A DNA stretch of 64,000 bases from Pseudomonadota bacterium (GTDB lineage: Bacteria; Pseudomonadota; Gammaproteobacteria; Xanthomonadales; SZUA-38). The number at the start of each line of letters is the position of its first letter. Positions within the stretch are counted from its first letter, which is position 1. The notes beneath the pieces were generated by a model, which was not told the DNA's origin, did no database searches, and saw nothing but the letters and a program-made list of their open reading frames with translations. Of this stretch, positions 20,266-30,357 are shown one piece after another. The position numbers and the translations under genes were made by a program. The stretch lies in the NCBI GenBank assembly GCA_038747195.1, contig JBCDKA010000001.1:27080-91079 (forward strand), in the 5' to 3' direction.

Positions 20266-20522
20266 TTCTTCGACAACTGCTGGCAGGGGCCGGTGAGCTT
20301 GATCTTCGACGTTACGCAGGCGTAATCGGTCGGCCGCCCAGTGCTATTAGCCGACGGATTCCAGTCGGCAGCAATCCCGGTCTCTGGACGCGCTCTGAGC
20401 GTTTTGTTTCGGGTCGTTCCTATCGAGCAAGATGAATGCAGGTCCAAGGCTGGCTTTGGGGGGTTACCCCGACTCACACGTCTGGCACAGGTGTAGGGCA
20501 GCCGCTTTCGCAGGGAAACGAC

Positions 20523-21995
20523 TTGATCCATCAATCCAGAAACCGCCTGGCGGTATTGATCTTCTTGTGCCTGGCGGGCGGTCCAGCACTCGCCCAACTG
20601 CAGCGCACCATCGTGGTTGACCCCATCATGGATAGTGCGCCAGATGCCGGCTGCACGCTTCGGGAGGCGATCAGTGTCGCCAACGCCGGACTGGGTGACG
20701 CGCTCGGATGCGTCAGTACTGAACTCGGTTCCGGCTTTCCCCTCAGCTACAGTATTGAAGTGCCTGCCCTGGTCTACACCCTGTCTGGCGGCATCGATGA
20801 CGGCAACGCCGGAGGGGACCTGGACCTGCTGGGCGAAATCCGGATCAGTGGCGCTGGCCCCGAGGCGACGGTGATCGACGGCAACGGGATCGACCGGGTT
20901 CTACATCTGGTAACCGGCCGGGTTGAACTAGAGGATCTGCGTTTGACCGGCGGAGCGTCGAAAGGCTGCGGTGGCGGTATCTACGGTTCCGATATGGTGC
21001 TGCGCAATGTTTGGGTCGATAACAACCAGTCAAGCTCGCCGCCGGGCCTGGGCGGTGGTGGCATTTGTGCAGATTCAGGTTCGATTGAGGTCCTCGACGG
21101 TTCCCGGGTATTTGCGAACTCAACAAACAACCGGGGTGGGGGCATCATGGTCAGCGGAGACCTGGTGATCGCGGACGCCAGAGTCGAGGACAATAACTCC
21201 GGGGGGCTCGGTGGCGGCATTTCGACCATCGGCGGTCGGGTTACCATTTACGATTCGATCATTAGCGGCAACCAGGCTGACCGTGGTGGTGGCGGATTAT
21301 TCCTGAATGCTTCAACGCAGGCAGCGATCGCCAATTCGATTGTTGTCCACAACCGCGCCACTAGCGGTGCAGGCATCGCTCGGCCCCGTGACGGTCTTGA
21401 GACGGTGAGTATCGCCAATACGATCATCGCGTTTAACGTCGCCGTTTCCGCCACTGGCCAGAGCAGCGGCGGTGGAATCGGGGGCGGCGGCATGGTTTTG
21501 ACTCACGTCACCGTGACCGGCAATATCGCTGATGTTGGCGCGGGAATCGGCGGAGGGTTTGTTTTCCCGGACACATCTTTTCGGCTCGCCAATAGTATTG
21601 TGGCCGGCAACCTCGACTCCGAGGGTGTACCTTCCGATTGCTTTGGCGTTCTCACCTCTGAACGCTACAACATCATTGGCGGCAACAGGGACTGCGAATT
21701 TGGTTTTCCTGCTGGCGACCTGAACGTCAACAACGACCTCGTCGGCACGGCCGAAAACCCGCTTGACCCGTTGTTTAGGCGCGGCGCTCTTGAACCTGCC
21801 GCCGGTAGTCCGGCCGCCGACGCGGTGCCAGCGGAACACTGTGTTTTTCTCAGCACACCGGCCAATCCATTATTCGCTTCGGGTGACCCCGTCCTGACAG
21901 ACCAGCGCGGTTTGCCTCGCGGCCGTCCATGCGATATTGGCGCGTTCGAGTCCACGCAGCTGTTCGTCAACGGGTTTGAGGCGCCCTCGTTGTGA
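20523..21995 (+). CDS. Secreted CSLREA-domain / beta-helix protein (copy 2, more divergent)
   Basis: Likely TTG start at 20523 after a GGGA SD-like site. Signal peptide, GCTLREAI, TDQRGLPR..CDIGAFE. Ends QLFVNGFEAPSL*. Confidence 0.85.
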   Translation: MIHQSRNRLAVLIFLCLAGGPALAQLQRTIVVDPIMDSAPDAGCTLREAISVANAGLGDALGCVSTELGSGFPLSYSIEVPALVYTLSGGIDDGNAGGDLDLLGEIRISGAGPEATVIDGNGIDRVLHLVTGRVELEDLRLTGGASKGCGGGIYGSDMVLRNVWVDNNQSSSPPGLGGGGICADSGSIEVLDGSRVFANSTNNRGGGIMVSGDLVIADARVEDNNSGGLGGGISTIGGRVTIYDSIISGNQADRGGGGLFLNASTQAAIANSIVVHNRATSGAGIARPRDGLETVSIANTIIAFNVAVSATGQSSGGGIGGGGMVLTHVTVTGNIADVGAGIGGGFVFPDTSFRLANSIVAGNLDSEGVPSDCFGVLTSERYNIIGGNRDCEFGFPAGDLNVNNDLVGTAENPLDPLFRRGALEPAAGSPAADAVPAEHCVFLSTPANPLFASGDPVLTDQRGLPRGRPCDIGAFESTQLFVNGFEAPSL

Positions 21996-22040
21996 ATACC
22001 AGAACCCCGGGCAGCAACCTATAGGAGCGAGGTCAAGGTT

Positions 22041-23513
22041 GTGAGATGGATCAAGATGCTGGGCTGGCATGTGCTGCTGGTCCAGGTCTGCACGGCGCAG
22101 ACGACGGTGACGATCGATGTCGATCCCATCGGTGACGGTGGCCTGGAGCCGGGTTGCAGCCTTCGGGAGGCCATCAGCCTGGCAAATTCAGGCTTGATGG
22201 AGGGTTTTGACTGCACGTCCACGCAGGCGGGTATGGGCCAACCGGTCAGCTACGAAATCATTCTGCCGGAAATGCGCTACACGTTGCTCGGTGACGCCAG
22301 CTCCGGTACTGCCGGCGGCGACCTCGACGTGGACTCGGTCATCGTTCTTCGGGGCGCGGGATCTGGCCTGACAGTCATCGAAGGCAGTGGTCAGGATCGG
22401 GTGTTTCACCTCACCTCCGCCAATGCCTCATTGACGCTGCGAGACCTGGAAATTACCGGAGGCGCGATTCTGGGAGCCGGCACCGGTGCCGGCATTAAGG
22501 TCGATGCCGGCGTGCTTGACCTCGAACGGGTCACGCTTCGGAACAACCGGGCGATCGGGGAAGTCGGGCGACCGAGTGATGGTGGCGCCATCGCCAACCA
22601 AAATGGCTCCGTTCGGATTGGCCCGGCCAGCCTGCTTCTGGAAAATCGCGCCACCCGGTCTGGCGGCGCGATCTATTCGCTCGGGCCGCTAACCATCGAT
22701 GGCGCAACTTTAGAACGCAACACCGCCACGAGGGGTGGCGCTGTTTACGCGTCCGGCCCGAATGTGAATATCGAAAACTGCGTTGTGCGCGGTAATTCGG
22801 CTGTCACCCGCGGTGGTGGGTTGAGTTTCAGGGGCGACAGCCTGAGCGTGGCGGTGGTCAAAAACTGCACGATCGTCAACAACAGCGCCGACGAGGGCGG
22901 CGGCATCCGCGGCAGTTACCTGGACCTCGCCAACAGCACGGTGGCGTTCAACCGGGCACTGTCGGAGGACGAGCGGCCGCTTTCGCGTGGCGGCGGCTTG
23001 TTGCTGTGGCAGTCGCGACTGACCAACGTGACCGTTTTCGCCAACTCGGCAGAGTTTGAGGGTGGCGGCCTGTTCGCGTCTGGCACGGTGGTCGTCGCCA
23101 ACACTTTGCTGGCCGACAACGAGGCCCTTTCAGGCAACGCACCCGATTGCGGCGGTTTGGTCCAGCGCCAGGGCGTCAACCTCGTCTCTCGAAACAATGG
23201 CTGTTCGGTTATCTTTCCGGGCGGTCTGCCGAACGCCAACGGCGATCTGGTAGGTACCACGATCCTGCCTCTGGACCCGGGCCTGGCGCCGCTGGCCGGA
23301 ACGCCGCCGGTGCTGCTGCCCGGCGCGGGCAGCATTGTGGTAGACGCCGTTGGCGTCGGGCTTTGTACCTACGCGGCGACGTCAAACAACGGGCTGTTTA
23401 GCGACGGCGACCCGGTTCAGTTCGACCAACGGGGTGTGCCGCGGGACAGTTTGTGCGACATTGGGGCCATCGAGTCGGATGAACTGTTTACCAACGGATT
23501 TGAAGGCAACTGA
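22041..23513 (+). CDS. Secreted CSLREA-domain / beta-helix protein (copy 3)
   Basis: Signal peptide, GCSLREAI, DQRG..CDIGAIE. Ends DELFTNGFEGN*. Confidence 0.85.
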   Translation: MRWIKMLGWHVLLVQVCTAQTTVTIDVDPIGDGGLEPGCSLREAISLANSGLMEGFDCTSTQAGMGQPVSYEIILPEMRYTLLGDASSGTAGGDLDVDSVIVLRGAGSGLTVIEGSGQDRVFHLTSANASLTLRDLEITGGAILGAGTGAGIKVDAGVLDLERVTLRNNRAIGEVGRPSDGGAIANQNGSVRIGPASLLLENRATRSGGAIYSLGPLTIDGATLERNTATRGGAVYASGPNVNIENCVVRGNSAVTRGGGLSFRGDSLSVAVVKNCTIVNNSADEGGGIRGSYLDLANSTVAFNRALSEDERPLSRGGGLLLWQSRLTNVTVFANSAEFEGGGLFASGTVVVANTLLADNEALSGNAPDCGGLVQRQGVNLVSRNNGCSVIFPGGLPNANGDLVGTTILPLDPGLAPLAGTPPVLLPGAGSIVVDAVGVGLCTYAATSNNGLFSDGDPVQFDQRGVPRDSLCDIGAIESDELFTNGFEGN

Positions 23514-23575
23514 TTCACGGCTTTTCCTGGTGGGGCTGGTAACGGCACTCGTGATTGCGGTGTCCGGCTCGTCCG
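23199..23575 (+). repeat. Direct repeat copy B (377 bp)
   Basis: Near-identical to 19872..20248. Spans the 3' end of copy 3 and the first ~25 codons of the M23 gene. Confidence 0.92.
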
Positions 23576-24444
23576 CGGCCAAGAAGATCTATAGCTATAC
23601 CGACGAAAATGGGATTACCCATTTCACGGATCGGCCGCCCAGTACCGATCAGGACGTCACGGAGCGGCAGGTCCGCGTGGATGAAACGCCGATGGTCACC
23701 GTCCGCCAGGACGGGCCGCCGGAGGCGCGACGCTACTACTTCAACAACCGCTGGCAGGGTCCGGCCAGCGTCACCATTCGTTTTACCGAGTCTGAAAACG
23801 TCGTAGCAGACCCACCTCTGCCAGCAACGTTCCTGCTGCCGGAGGCCGGTGAGAGTCATCTGCTGACCGTGCTGCAGCGGGATTCCCGCAAAGGCAGCCG
23901 CTACGCCCTCGAATTTCGCAACGTGCCTGGCGACCCGAGCGCAAATCCGGACGCGCGGCAACGCTACGCGCTGCCGTTCCGGCGCGGGCAGCGGTTTTAT
24001 GTCGGCCAAGGTTTTGGGGGCATCGTCAGCCACACCGACGACCAGTCCTACTACGCTATTGATCTCGGAATGCCCGAGGGTACGCCGGTTCTCGCTGCCA
24101 GGGACGGGGTTGTGATGCACGCCGAGGAAGATTTTTTTGGCTCCGGGACGGACGTGGCCCGCTACGCGACCCGTGCGAACAGCGTCCGCGTCCTGCACGA
24201 GGACGGCACCATGGCGGTGTATGCACACCTGGCGCTCGAGAGCGTGGCGGTCAAGCCGGGCCGGGTCGTGACCACTGGCGAACTGCTCGGACTGTCAGGC
24301 AATACGGGGTACTCCACCGGCCCCCACCTGCACTTTGTGATTCAACGCAATGACGCCGGCACGCTCAAATCCATCCCCTTCCGCTTTGAGGACGACAGCG
24401 AGGGTGGGTTGATCCCCCGGGCCGGCACCTGGCTTCGCCGCTAA
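23500..24444 (+). CDS. M23 family metallopeptidase with N-terminal DUF4124-like domain
   Basis: TTG start overlapping the upstream stop. Signal peptide, IYSYTDENGITHFTDRPP, YAIDLGMPEGTPVLAAR, YAHL, SGNTGYSTGPHLHF. Confidence 0.88.
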   Translation: MKATDSRLFLVGLVTALVIAVSGSSAAKKIYSYTDENGITHFTDRPPSTDQDVTERQVRVDETPMVTVRQDGPPEARRYYFNNRWQGPASVTIRFTESENVVADPPLPATFLLPEAGESHLLTVLQRDSRKGSRYALEFRNVPGDPSANPDARQRYALPFRRGQRFYVGQGFGGIVSHTDDQSYYAIDLGMPEGTPVLAARDGVVMHAEEDFFGSGTDVARYATRANSVRVLHEDGTMAVYAHLALESVAVKPGRVVTTGELLGLSGNTGYSTGPHLHFVIQRNDAGTLKSIPFRFEDDSEGGLIPRAGTWLRR

Positions 24445-24492
24445 ACCCCGTTTCTGCCCTATAATGCGCGGCCTTATGAAAGGCCCCAGAGC

Positions 24493-26073
24493 ATGTCTGC
24501 CGTAACTGACGAAATCGCCCGCCGGCGCACCTTTGCGATCATTTCGCACCCGGATGCCGGCAAAACGACGCTGACCGAGAAGTTGCTGCTGTTTGGCGGA
24601 GCCATCCAGATGGCCGGTGCGGTGAAGGCCAAGAAGGCTGCGCGGCACGCCACCTCTGACTGGATGGCGCTGGAGCAGGAGCGGGGTATCTCGGTCACGT
24701 CTTCGGTGATGCAGTTTCAGCACGATGGGCGCATCGTCAATCTGCTGGATACGCCAGGTCACGCGGACTTCTCGGAAGATACCTACCGCACGCTCACCGC
24801 CGTCGACTCTGCGCTGATGGTGATCGACTGCGCGAAGGGTGTCGAGGAACGAACCATCAAGCTGATGGAGGTCTGCCGGCTTCGCACCACGCCGATTTTT
24901 ACGTTCATCAACAAGCTCGATCGCGAGGGTCGCGATCCGGTTGATCTGCTCGATGAGGTAGAGGAGGTCCTGAAGATCGCCTGCGCGCCGGTGACCTGGC
25001 CTGTGGGTATGGGCAAGCGGCTCAAGGGTGTTTATCACCTGCTCGAGGACGCTGTTTACCTCTATGAGTCCGGCCGCAACTACGTCAAGCAGGAAGCGGC
25101 GGTGATTCAGGGTTTGGCCAATCCGGAGCTGGATGACGCTTTGGGCCCGATGGCCGCTGAGCTTCGTGACGAGATCGAGCTGGTGCAGGGAGCCAGTCAT
25201 CAGTTTGAACGACAGCCCTATCTTGAGGGCAACCTGAGCCCGGTTTTCTTTGGTTCGGCGATCAACAACTTTGGCGTGACGCCCCTGCTGGACGCCTTTG
25301 TGGAGAACGCGCCGGCACCGCAGTCACGGGAAACGTTGACCCGTGAGGTGAAACCTTCGGAGCCTAAGTTCACCGGTTTCTGCTTTAAGATTCAGGCCAA
25401 CATGGATCCGGCCCATCGCGATCGGGTGGCGTTTGTGCGGGTCTGCTCCGGGGAATTTACCCAGGGCATGAAGCTGCAGCAGAGCCGGATCAACAAACAG
25501 GTGAAAATTGCGAACGCGCTGACCTTTATGGCCCAGGACCGGGGCAGCGTGGATGCCGCTTATGCCGGCGATATCGTGGGGCTCCACAACCACGGGACCA
25601 TCCGCATTGGAGATACCTTCACGGAAGGAGAGCAGCTCCAGTTCACCGGCATCCCAAGCTTTGCGCCTGAGCTATTTCGCCGTGCTCGGCTTCGCGATCC
25701 GCTGAAGCTCAAGCAGCTCTCAAAAGGATTGGAGCAACTGTCGGAAGAGGGGGCCACCCAGTTTTTCAAGCCGATGCTCGGGAACGAGCTTGTCCTCGGC
25801 GCGGTCGGCATCCTGCAGTTTGACGTGGTTGCTTATCGGCTGAAGTCGGAATACCACGTCGACGCCATCTTCGAATCGGTCAACGTGGTAACGGCCCGTT
25901 GGGTGACGGGTGACGACAAAAAGCTGGCGGAGTTCAAGGCCAAGCTCGATATGAACCTCGCCACCGACGGCCACGGCGACCTGGTGTATCTGGCGCCCAG
26001 CCGGGTCAACCTGCAGCTGACCGAAGAGCGGTGGCCCGATCTGCGCTTCGCGGCTACGCGAGAGCAGATCTAG
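24493..26073 (+). CDS. prfC: Peptide chain release factor 3
   Basis: [54 protein letters not shown]. Confidence 0.98.
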   Translation: MSAVTDEIARRRTFAIISHPDAGKTTLTEKLLLFGGAIQMAGAVKAKKAARHATSDWMALEQERGISVTSSVMQFQHDGRIVNLLDTPGHADFSEDTYRTLTAVDSALMVIDCAKGVEERTIKLMEVCRLRTTPIFTFINKLDREGRDPVDLLDEVEEVLKIACAPVTWPVGMGKRLKGVYHLLEDAVYLYESGRNYVKQEAAVIQGLANPELDDALGPMAAELRDEIELVQGASHQFERQPYLEGNLSPVFFGSAINNFGVTPLLDAFVENAPAPQSRETLTREVKPSEPKFTGFCFKIQANMDPAHRDRVAFVRVCSGEFTQGMKLQQSRINKQVKIANALTFMAQDRGSVDAAYAGDIVGLHNHGTIRIGDTFTEGEQLQFTGIPSFAPELFRRARLRDPLKLKQLSKGLEQLSEEGATQFFKPMLGNELVLGAVGILQFDVVAYRLKSEYHVDAIFESVNVVTARWVTGDDKKLAEFKAKLDMNLATDGHGDLVYLAPSRVNLQLTEERWPDLRFAATREQI

Positions 26074-26113
26074 GCCTTTAACCCGGTCTCCAACGGCCGG
26101 GTGATGTCTTACG

Positions 26114-27331
26114 TCAGAGAGCCGGGTCGTCTCCCTCAAAGCCGTTGGCGAAGACGTCCCGCGCCAGCCCGTTTAGCGTTGGCAGTGCAATGAGCACCGA
26201 GTTTTCGGTGCCGGAGTCGGTCAGCCGGAATGCAACGTTAGCGGTCTGGTCTGCGCCGCCGGAAAACACGATGCCGGCGAAGTACTGCCACTGCGGCGTT
26301 GCGTTGAAGAAAGCGCTGCCGGGTGCCGTTCCCGTAAACGTGCCGTTGGACTCGAAAATCGGCACGGCAAATCCTACTTCCTGGTCCGAACTGTCGGCGT
26401 TATCGGCGCGGAGGAACACCTCGCCAACCATCAGCCGTCCCGCGGGTGCCAGCGGTACCTGGGTTATTTCGTGATCGAATCCCGCGCCGGTGGCGTTTAC
26501 CGAGGTTATCCTCATGGCTGTGGTGGCGGGGCTGCCGGGATACAGCTCGTTGGCCGCCACGGGCACCGTCTGCAGGGCGATGCTGGCCGACTCGCTCTCC
26601 AGTCCGAAGGCTCGCCAGAACTCCGGGACGATGCCGGTGACGTTTCCCTGAATCCCGCCGCCCGTGCCGGAGAACTCCGGGTTGGGGACACGGTTTTCCA
26701 GCGAGGGTCCGATCACCTCGGGCAGCGCAATCTGGATGCTGTTGTCCGACGCTCCTTCGGTCAGGCGGAACGACAGCTCCGCGCTGGCGCCCATCAGGCT
26801 GGTGGCGATCGGCGGCACCTCGAACTGCGTCCAGGTATCGGTCACCTCAACGGTTTGACTACCGGCATTGCCGGTGAACACACCCGCCTCATCGAAGATT
26901 GGGAGCTGGATCAATACCGTCTGGGAGCTCATGTCCGAATTGTTGCTTCGGAGATACACGGTGGCGCCGTAGCCGAGCTCCGGGAGCAACGTAAACTGGT
27001 TGGGTGACGAGTCAAAGCCTGCGTCGGAGGTGGCCGGTGGTCCAAAGTTTGTGACGGTCAGCTCCACCGCGTTGACGGGCGGGCTGCCGGGAAAGATGGC
27101 GTCGGCAGCGAGGGGAACAATGGCCGAGGTGGCCGTCGACTCGCCAACGGCGAAGGTCCGCCACAGGCTCGGCACCTCGCCGGTGACGTTGCCGGCGGGT
27201 GAGCCGCCGTTACCCCGAAACTCGGGATTGTGCAGCTGGTTGAATGTGATGGACCCGGTTTGGGCCGCTGCGAACGTGCAGCTAAGCGCTGCGAGCAGCG
27301 CGACAGCAAATTGGCGGGTTCTAGCAATCAT
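26114..27331 (-). CDS. Secreted protein with two tandem ~185-aa CBM-like repeats and C-terminal DVFANGFE tag
   Basis: Signal peptide. NPEF.G.GG...GNVTG.VP..WR.F and FRLT....NS..IALP each occur twice. Ends RDVFANGFEGDDPAL*. Confidence 0.8.
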   Translation of the reverse strand: MIARTRQFAVALLAALSCTFAAAQTGSITFNQLHNPEFRGNGGSPAGNVTGEVPSLWRTFAVGESTATSAIVPLAADAIFPGSPPVNAVELTVTNFGPPATSDAGFDSSPNQFTLLPELGYGATVYLRSNNSDMSSQTVLIQLPIFDEAGVFTGNAGSQTVEVTDTWTQFEVPPIATSLMGASAELSFRLTEGASDNSIQIALPEVIGPSLENRVPNPEFSGTGGGIQGNVTGIVPEFWRAFGLESESASIALQTVPVAANELYPGSPATTAMRITSVNATGAGFDHEITQVPLAPAGRLMVGEVFLRADNADSSDQEVGFAVPIFESNGTFTGTAPGSAFFNATPQWQYFAGIVFSGGADQTANVAFRLTDSGTENSVLIALPTLNGLARDVFANGFEGDDPAL

Positions 27332-27391
27332 AGGGATCTCCCCGAGGCTGCGGGTATGTTTATTAGTTGCGAATTTCGCCGGTTTTTCGGC

Positions 27392-27901
27392 TCATCTCAT
27401 GACGAAGTACAGTCCAGCATAAACCTTCGGATCCACCATCAGACCTCGACGCTGCTGGTCCTCAAGCCAGCCGTGAATCTCAGTGCGGTGAACGTGGTGC
27501 ACGATGATGTTTTCTCCGCCAACGCCGCCGCCGGCCCCGACCCGCTCTGGATTGTTAGCCTGAAAAAAATGGATCACCTCGTCAGTGAGTCCGGCAGACG
27601 TCGGGCCTGAGGTCAGCGCTGTCATCGACTGCGCCCGATACCCCACCTCCTCCTCTAGCTCACGAGCCGCCGCTTCGGCGAGCGGCTCATCACTTAGACC
27701 TGGCTCATCGCCGGCCAGGCCGGCCGGAAATTCGATGACGGAACAGCCTAGCGGAGGGCGAAATTGTTCGGTCAAGACAAATTCATGGCGGTCGTTCAGG
27801 GCTACCACCACCACGACGGCGTGGGCATTGGTTCGGCTGCAGTATTCCCAGGTGCCGGTTTGGTGAAGTCCGAGGAACTTGCCGCGGTATAGTTCGGTCA
27901 T
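27392..27901 (-). CDS. NUDIX hydrolase (ADP-ribose pyrophosphatase-like)
   Basis: EQFRPP, EFPAGLAGD..AAARELEEEVGY Nudix box. Confidence 0.9.
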   Translation of the reverse strand: MTELYRGKFLGLHQTGTWEYCSRTNAHAVVVVVALNDRHEFVLTEQFRPPLGCSVIEFPAGLAGDEPGLSDEPLAEAAARELEEEVGYRAQSMTALTSGPTSAGLTDEVIHFFQANNPERVGAGGGVGGENIIVHHVHRTEIHGWLEDQQRRGLMVDPKVYAGLYFVMR

Positions 27902-28023
27902 AGAGGGGTGCGCGGGCTGCATATGCTGGCAATTAGACCGTTGATTATGGTCTGATTCGCCCTCAACTGCACCGACAGCCGGCCGTTCCCGCGCCGCCAG
28001 TATATTTTGAGGAAAATTCCCTG

Positions 28024-29406
28024 ATGGTCAGCCCCAACCTGTTACGCCGTGCGTCTGCCGGCACCAGTCTGGTTTTTTGCCTGCTTGCGGCGCTGGCCGT
28101 GGTGGCGCAGGAAGACAAAGCGTCGAAGGGCGATATCGAACGCGAGAACAATCCGCAGCGCCTGCTGATGGCGATTTTCGAGGCGCAGAAAGCCGGAGAT
28201 CTGCCCACCATGGAGCAAGCGGCGACACGCCTGGTTCGCCTGCGCCCCCAGGTTGGGACCTACGGCTACCTGCTGGCCAAAGCCTTTGCCCTGCAAAACA
28301 AGAAGAGCGAGGCCTACAACACGCTGCTGTATCTCAATAACCAGGGTCTCTCATTTGATCTGACCGTGGACGAAGACATGGCAAACGTTCGCGGGACCGA
28401 AGTCTACGATTTTCTGGCGGACGGACTGAAAAAGAATGCGAACACCGAAGGTGAGCTCGCTGGCACCGAAACGCTGCAGCAGGCTGGCCTGCTGGCGGAC
28501 GGTCTCGCCTACGATCCGAAGCGTGATCAGCTGCTGGTTGGCAGCATCACCCAAGGGGCGGTCTTTCTGCTGGGTAAGGGCGGGGAACTCACACAGCTGG
28601 TTAAGGCCACGCCGGAAAACGGTCTCCTCGGGGTTTTCGACATAGCGGTCGATCCGAACAGCCGTTCCCTCTGGGTCAGCTCGGCTGCGGCGCCGCATTA
28701 CCAGGGGATTCGCTTTCAGGACGCGGGCTACTCAGGCATCTTTCAGTTTGATCTCGACAGCGGCCAAATCCGCCGCCGCTTCGATCTGCCGAAGCGTGAT
28801 CCTGGCAACAAGCTGGTCAACTTAACGGTCGCGTCGGACGGCAAGGTCTATGCAGCTAACGCCGGGCGACCCGAGGTGTACCAGGTCGACGTTGAGCGCG
28901 AGCAGATGAGCCGGATTTTCACCGCCCCAGGATTCACCAGCGTCCGGGGACTGGCGGTATCACCGGATGCTAAGACTCTGTATTTCTCCGATTACGAGCT
29001 GGGACTGTTTGGCGTTGATCTGAAGACGCAGCAGGCGTTCCAGGTCCGGGTGCCGGCCCAGGTCAATATGGGTGGAATCGACGGCTTGAGCTGGCACCGC
29101 GACGGACTCATTGCGATCCAGAACGGCAACTTCCCGCACCGGGCGCTGAGGGTTGCGCTGAACGACGAAGGGAATGCCGTCAGTGCGGCGGTCCCGCTGC
29201 TGGTTAACCACCCCTCGTTTCTGGTTCCCAGCGAAGGGATTGTGGTCGGCGACTCATTCCATCTGATCGCCAACGGCAACGCGCCGCTCTACGACAACGC
29301 AACCGGCAAGCCGATCGACGCAGACGCGCTGAAGCCCCAGATGATCGTTACCGTGGACGCCAACGTCGATATGTCCGTGGGCCCCAATACGACAAAAGCA
29401 CTGTAG
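28024..29406 (+). CDS. Secreted TPR + six-bladed beta-propeller protein (SMP-30/gluconolactonase-like)
   Basis: Signal peptide, helical N-terminal part, then DGLAYD, DIAVD, GLAVSPD, GIDGL propeller repeats. Confidence 0.7.
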   Translation: MVSPNLLRRASAGTSLVFCLLAALAVVAQEDKASKGDIERENNPQRLLMAIFEAQKAGDLPTMEQAATRLVRLRPQVGTYGYLLAKAFALQNKKSEAYNTLLYLNNQGLSFDLTVDEDMANVRGTEVYDFLADGLKKNANTEGELAGTETLQQAGLLADGLAYDPKRDQLLVGSITQGAVFLLGKGGELTQLVKATPENGLLGVFDIAVDPNSRSLWVSSAAAPHYQGIRFQDAGYSGIFQFDLDSGQIRRRFDLPKRDPGNKLVNLTVASDGKVYAANAGRPEVYQVDVEREQMSRIFTAPGFTSVRGLAVSPDAKTLYFSDYELGLFGVDLKTQQAFQVRVPAQVNMGGIDGLSWHRDGLIAIQNGNFPHRALRVALNDEGNAVSAAVPLLVNHPSFLVPSEGIVVGDSFHLIANGNAPLYDNATGKPIDADALKPQMIVTVDANVDMSVGPNTTKAL

Positions 29407-29446
29407 CTAAGCGCTGGGAAGACCGTTTTGCGGTTGCCCGGCGCGA

Positions 29447-30331
29447 TCAGGCGGCGAGGTTTCCGACCCGCTGGCGCAGCGTGCCGCCGAAGTTCAGGTA
29501 ATCAAACAGGTCATTGACTGCACCCATATCCACGGATCCGAGCGTCAGCGAGGGTGTGGGCGACGGGATGGGCGCCTCGCAGTGAATACCCGTCAGGCGG
29601 CGAGCAAGCCGGGCGTCCTCCGCGTAGGTTTTCAGCTTGGCTGAGAGGCTCTTCGCCCCGCGTACCGACAGGAACTCCACCTCTGACGCGCGCTCCAGCG
29701 CTTCGTCCAGCGTGCCAAAGTGGCTGAGCAGCGCGCTGGCGGCTTTGGGCCCGATCCCCGGCACCCCTTTGATGTTGTCCACGGAGTCGCCTGTGAGCGC
29801 CAGGTAGTCAGCGATCTGTTCCGGCATCACGCCAAATTTCTCTTTGACACCCTCGTAGCTGGTTCGCAGGTTGCGCGCGAAATCCCACAGCTGATCCTGC
29901 GGCCGCAGCAGCTGCGCCAGATCTTTGTCACTGGTCACGATCATATGGTGGTGCTCGGCCATCTCCGGCAATCGCGTAAGGGTTCCGATCAAATCGTCTG
30001 CTTCATAGCGGTCGTCCGAGAAACACTCCATTCCCATCGCCTCAGCCACCGCCCGGCAGTGGGCGAACTGACGCTTCAGCTCCAGCGGCGCTGGGTCCCG
30101 GTTGGCTTTGTACTGCGGATCGATGTCGTTGCGAAACGAGGTTTCCAGGCTCTCGTCGAAGGCGATTGCGATATGGCTGGGGTTGGCCTGCTCCAGCAGC
30201 GAACACAGGAACCCGGTGAAACCGTAGACGGCGTTGCTGGGATTGCCCTCGCTGTCCGTCATCTCGTGAGACATGCCGAAATAGGCGCGAAAAACGTAGA
30301 CGCTCGCGTCGACCAGAAAAAGCTCAGACAT
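29447..30331 (-). CDS. Stand-alone 5'-3' exonuclease / flap endonuclease (Xni/ExoIX-like)
   Basis: LVDASVYVFRAY, YKANR, YEADDLIGTL, TSDKDLAQL, LTGDSVDNIKGVPGIGPK (H3TH). Confidence 0.92.
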   Translation of the reverse strand: MSELFLVDASVYVFRAYFGMSHEMTDSEGNPSNAVYGFTGFLCSLLEQANPSHIAIAFDESLETSFRNDIDPQYKANRDPAPLELKRQFAHCRAVAEAMGMECFSDDRYEADDLIGTLTRLPEMAEHHHMIVTSDKDLAQLLRPQDQLWDFARNLRTSYEGVKEKFGVMPEQIADYLALTGDSVDNIKGVPGIGPKAASALLSHFGTLDEALERASEVEFLSVRGAKSLSAKLKTYAEDARLARRLTGIHCEAPIPSPTPSLTLGSVDMGAVNDLFDYLNFGGTLRQRVGNLAA

Positions 30332-30357
30332 AACTCAGCGAAGCCGGGACCAAGCGC

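Noticed and set aside
20262-20597. 111-aa minus-strand ORF between CSLREA copies 1 and 2
   Set aside because: No motif, overlaps the likely start of copy 2, and cannot be distinguished from a chance ORF.
19872-23575. 377-bp repeat pair as a diversity-generating retroelement TR/VR
   Set aside because: The substitutions are not restricted to adenines in either copy, both copies are coding, and there is no reverse transcriptase in the window.
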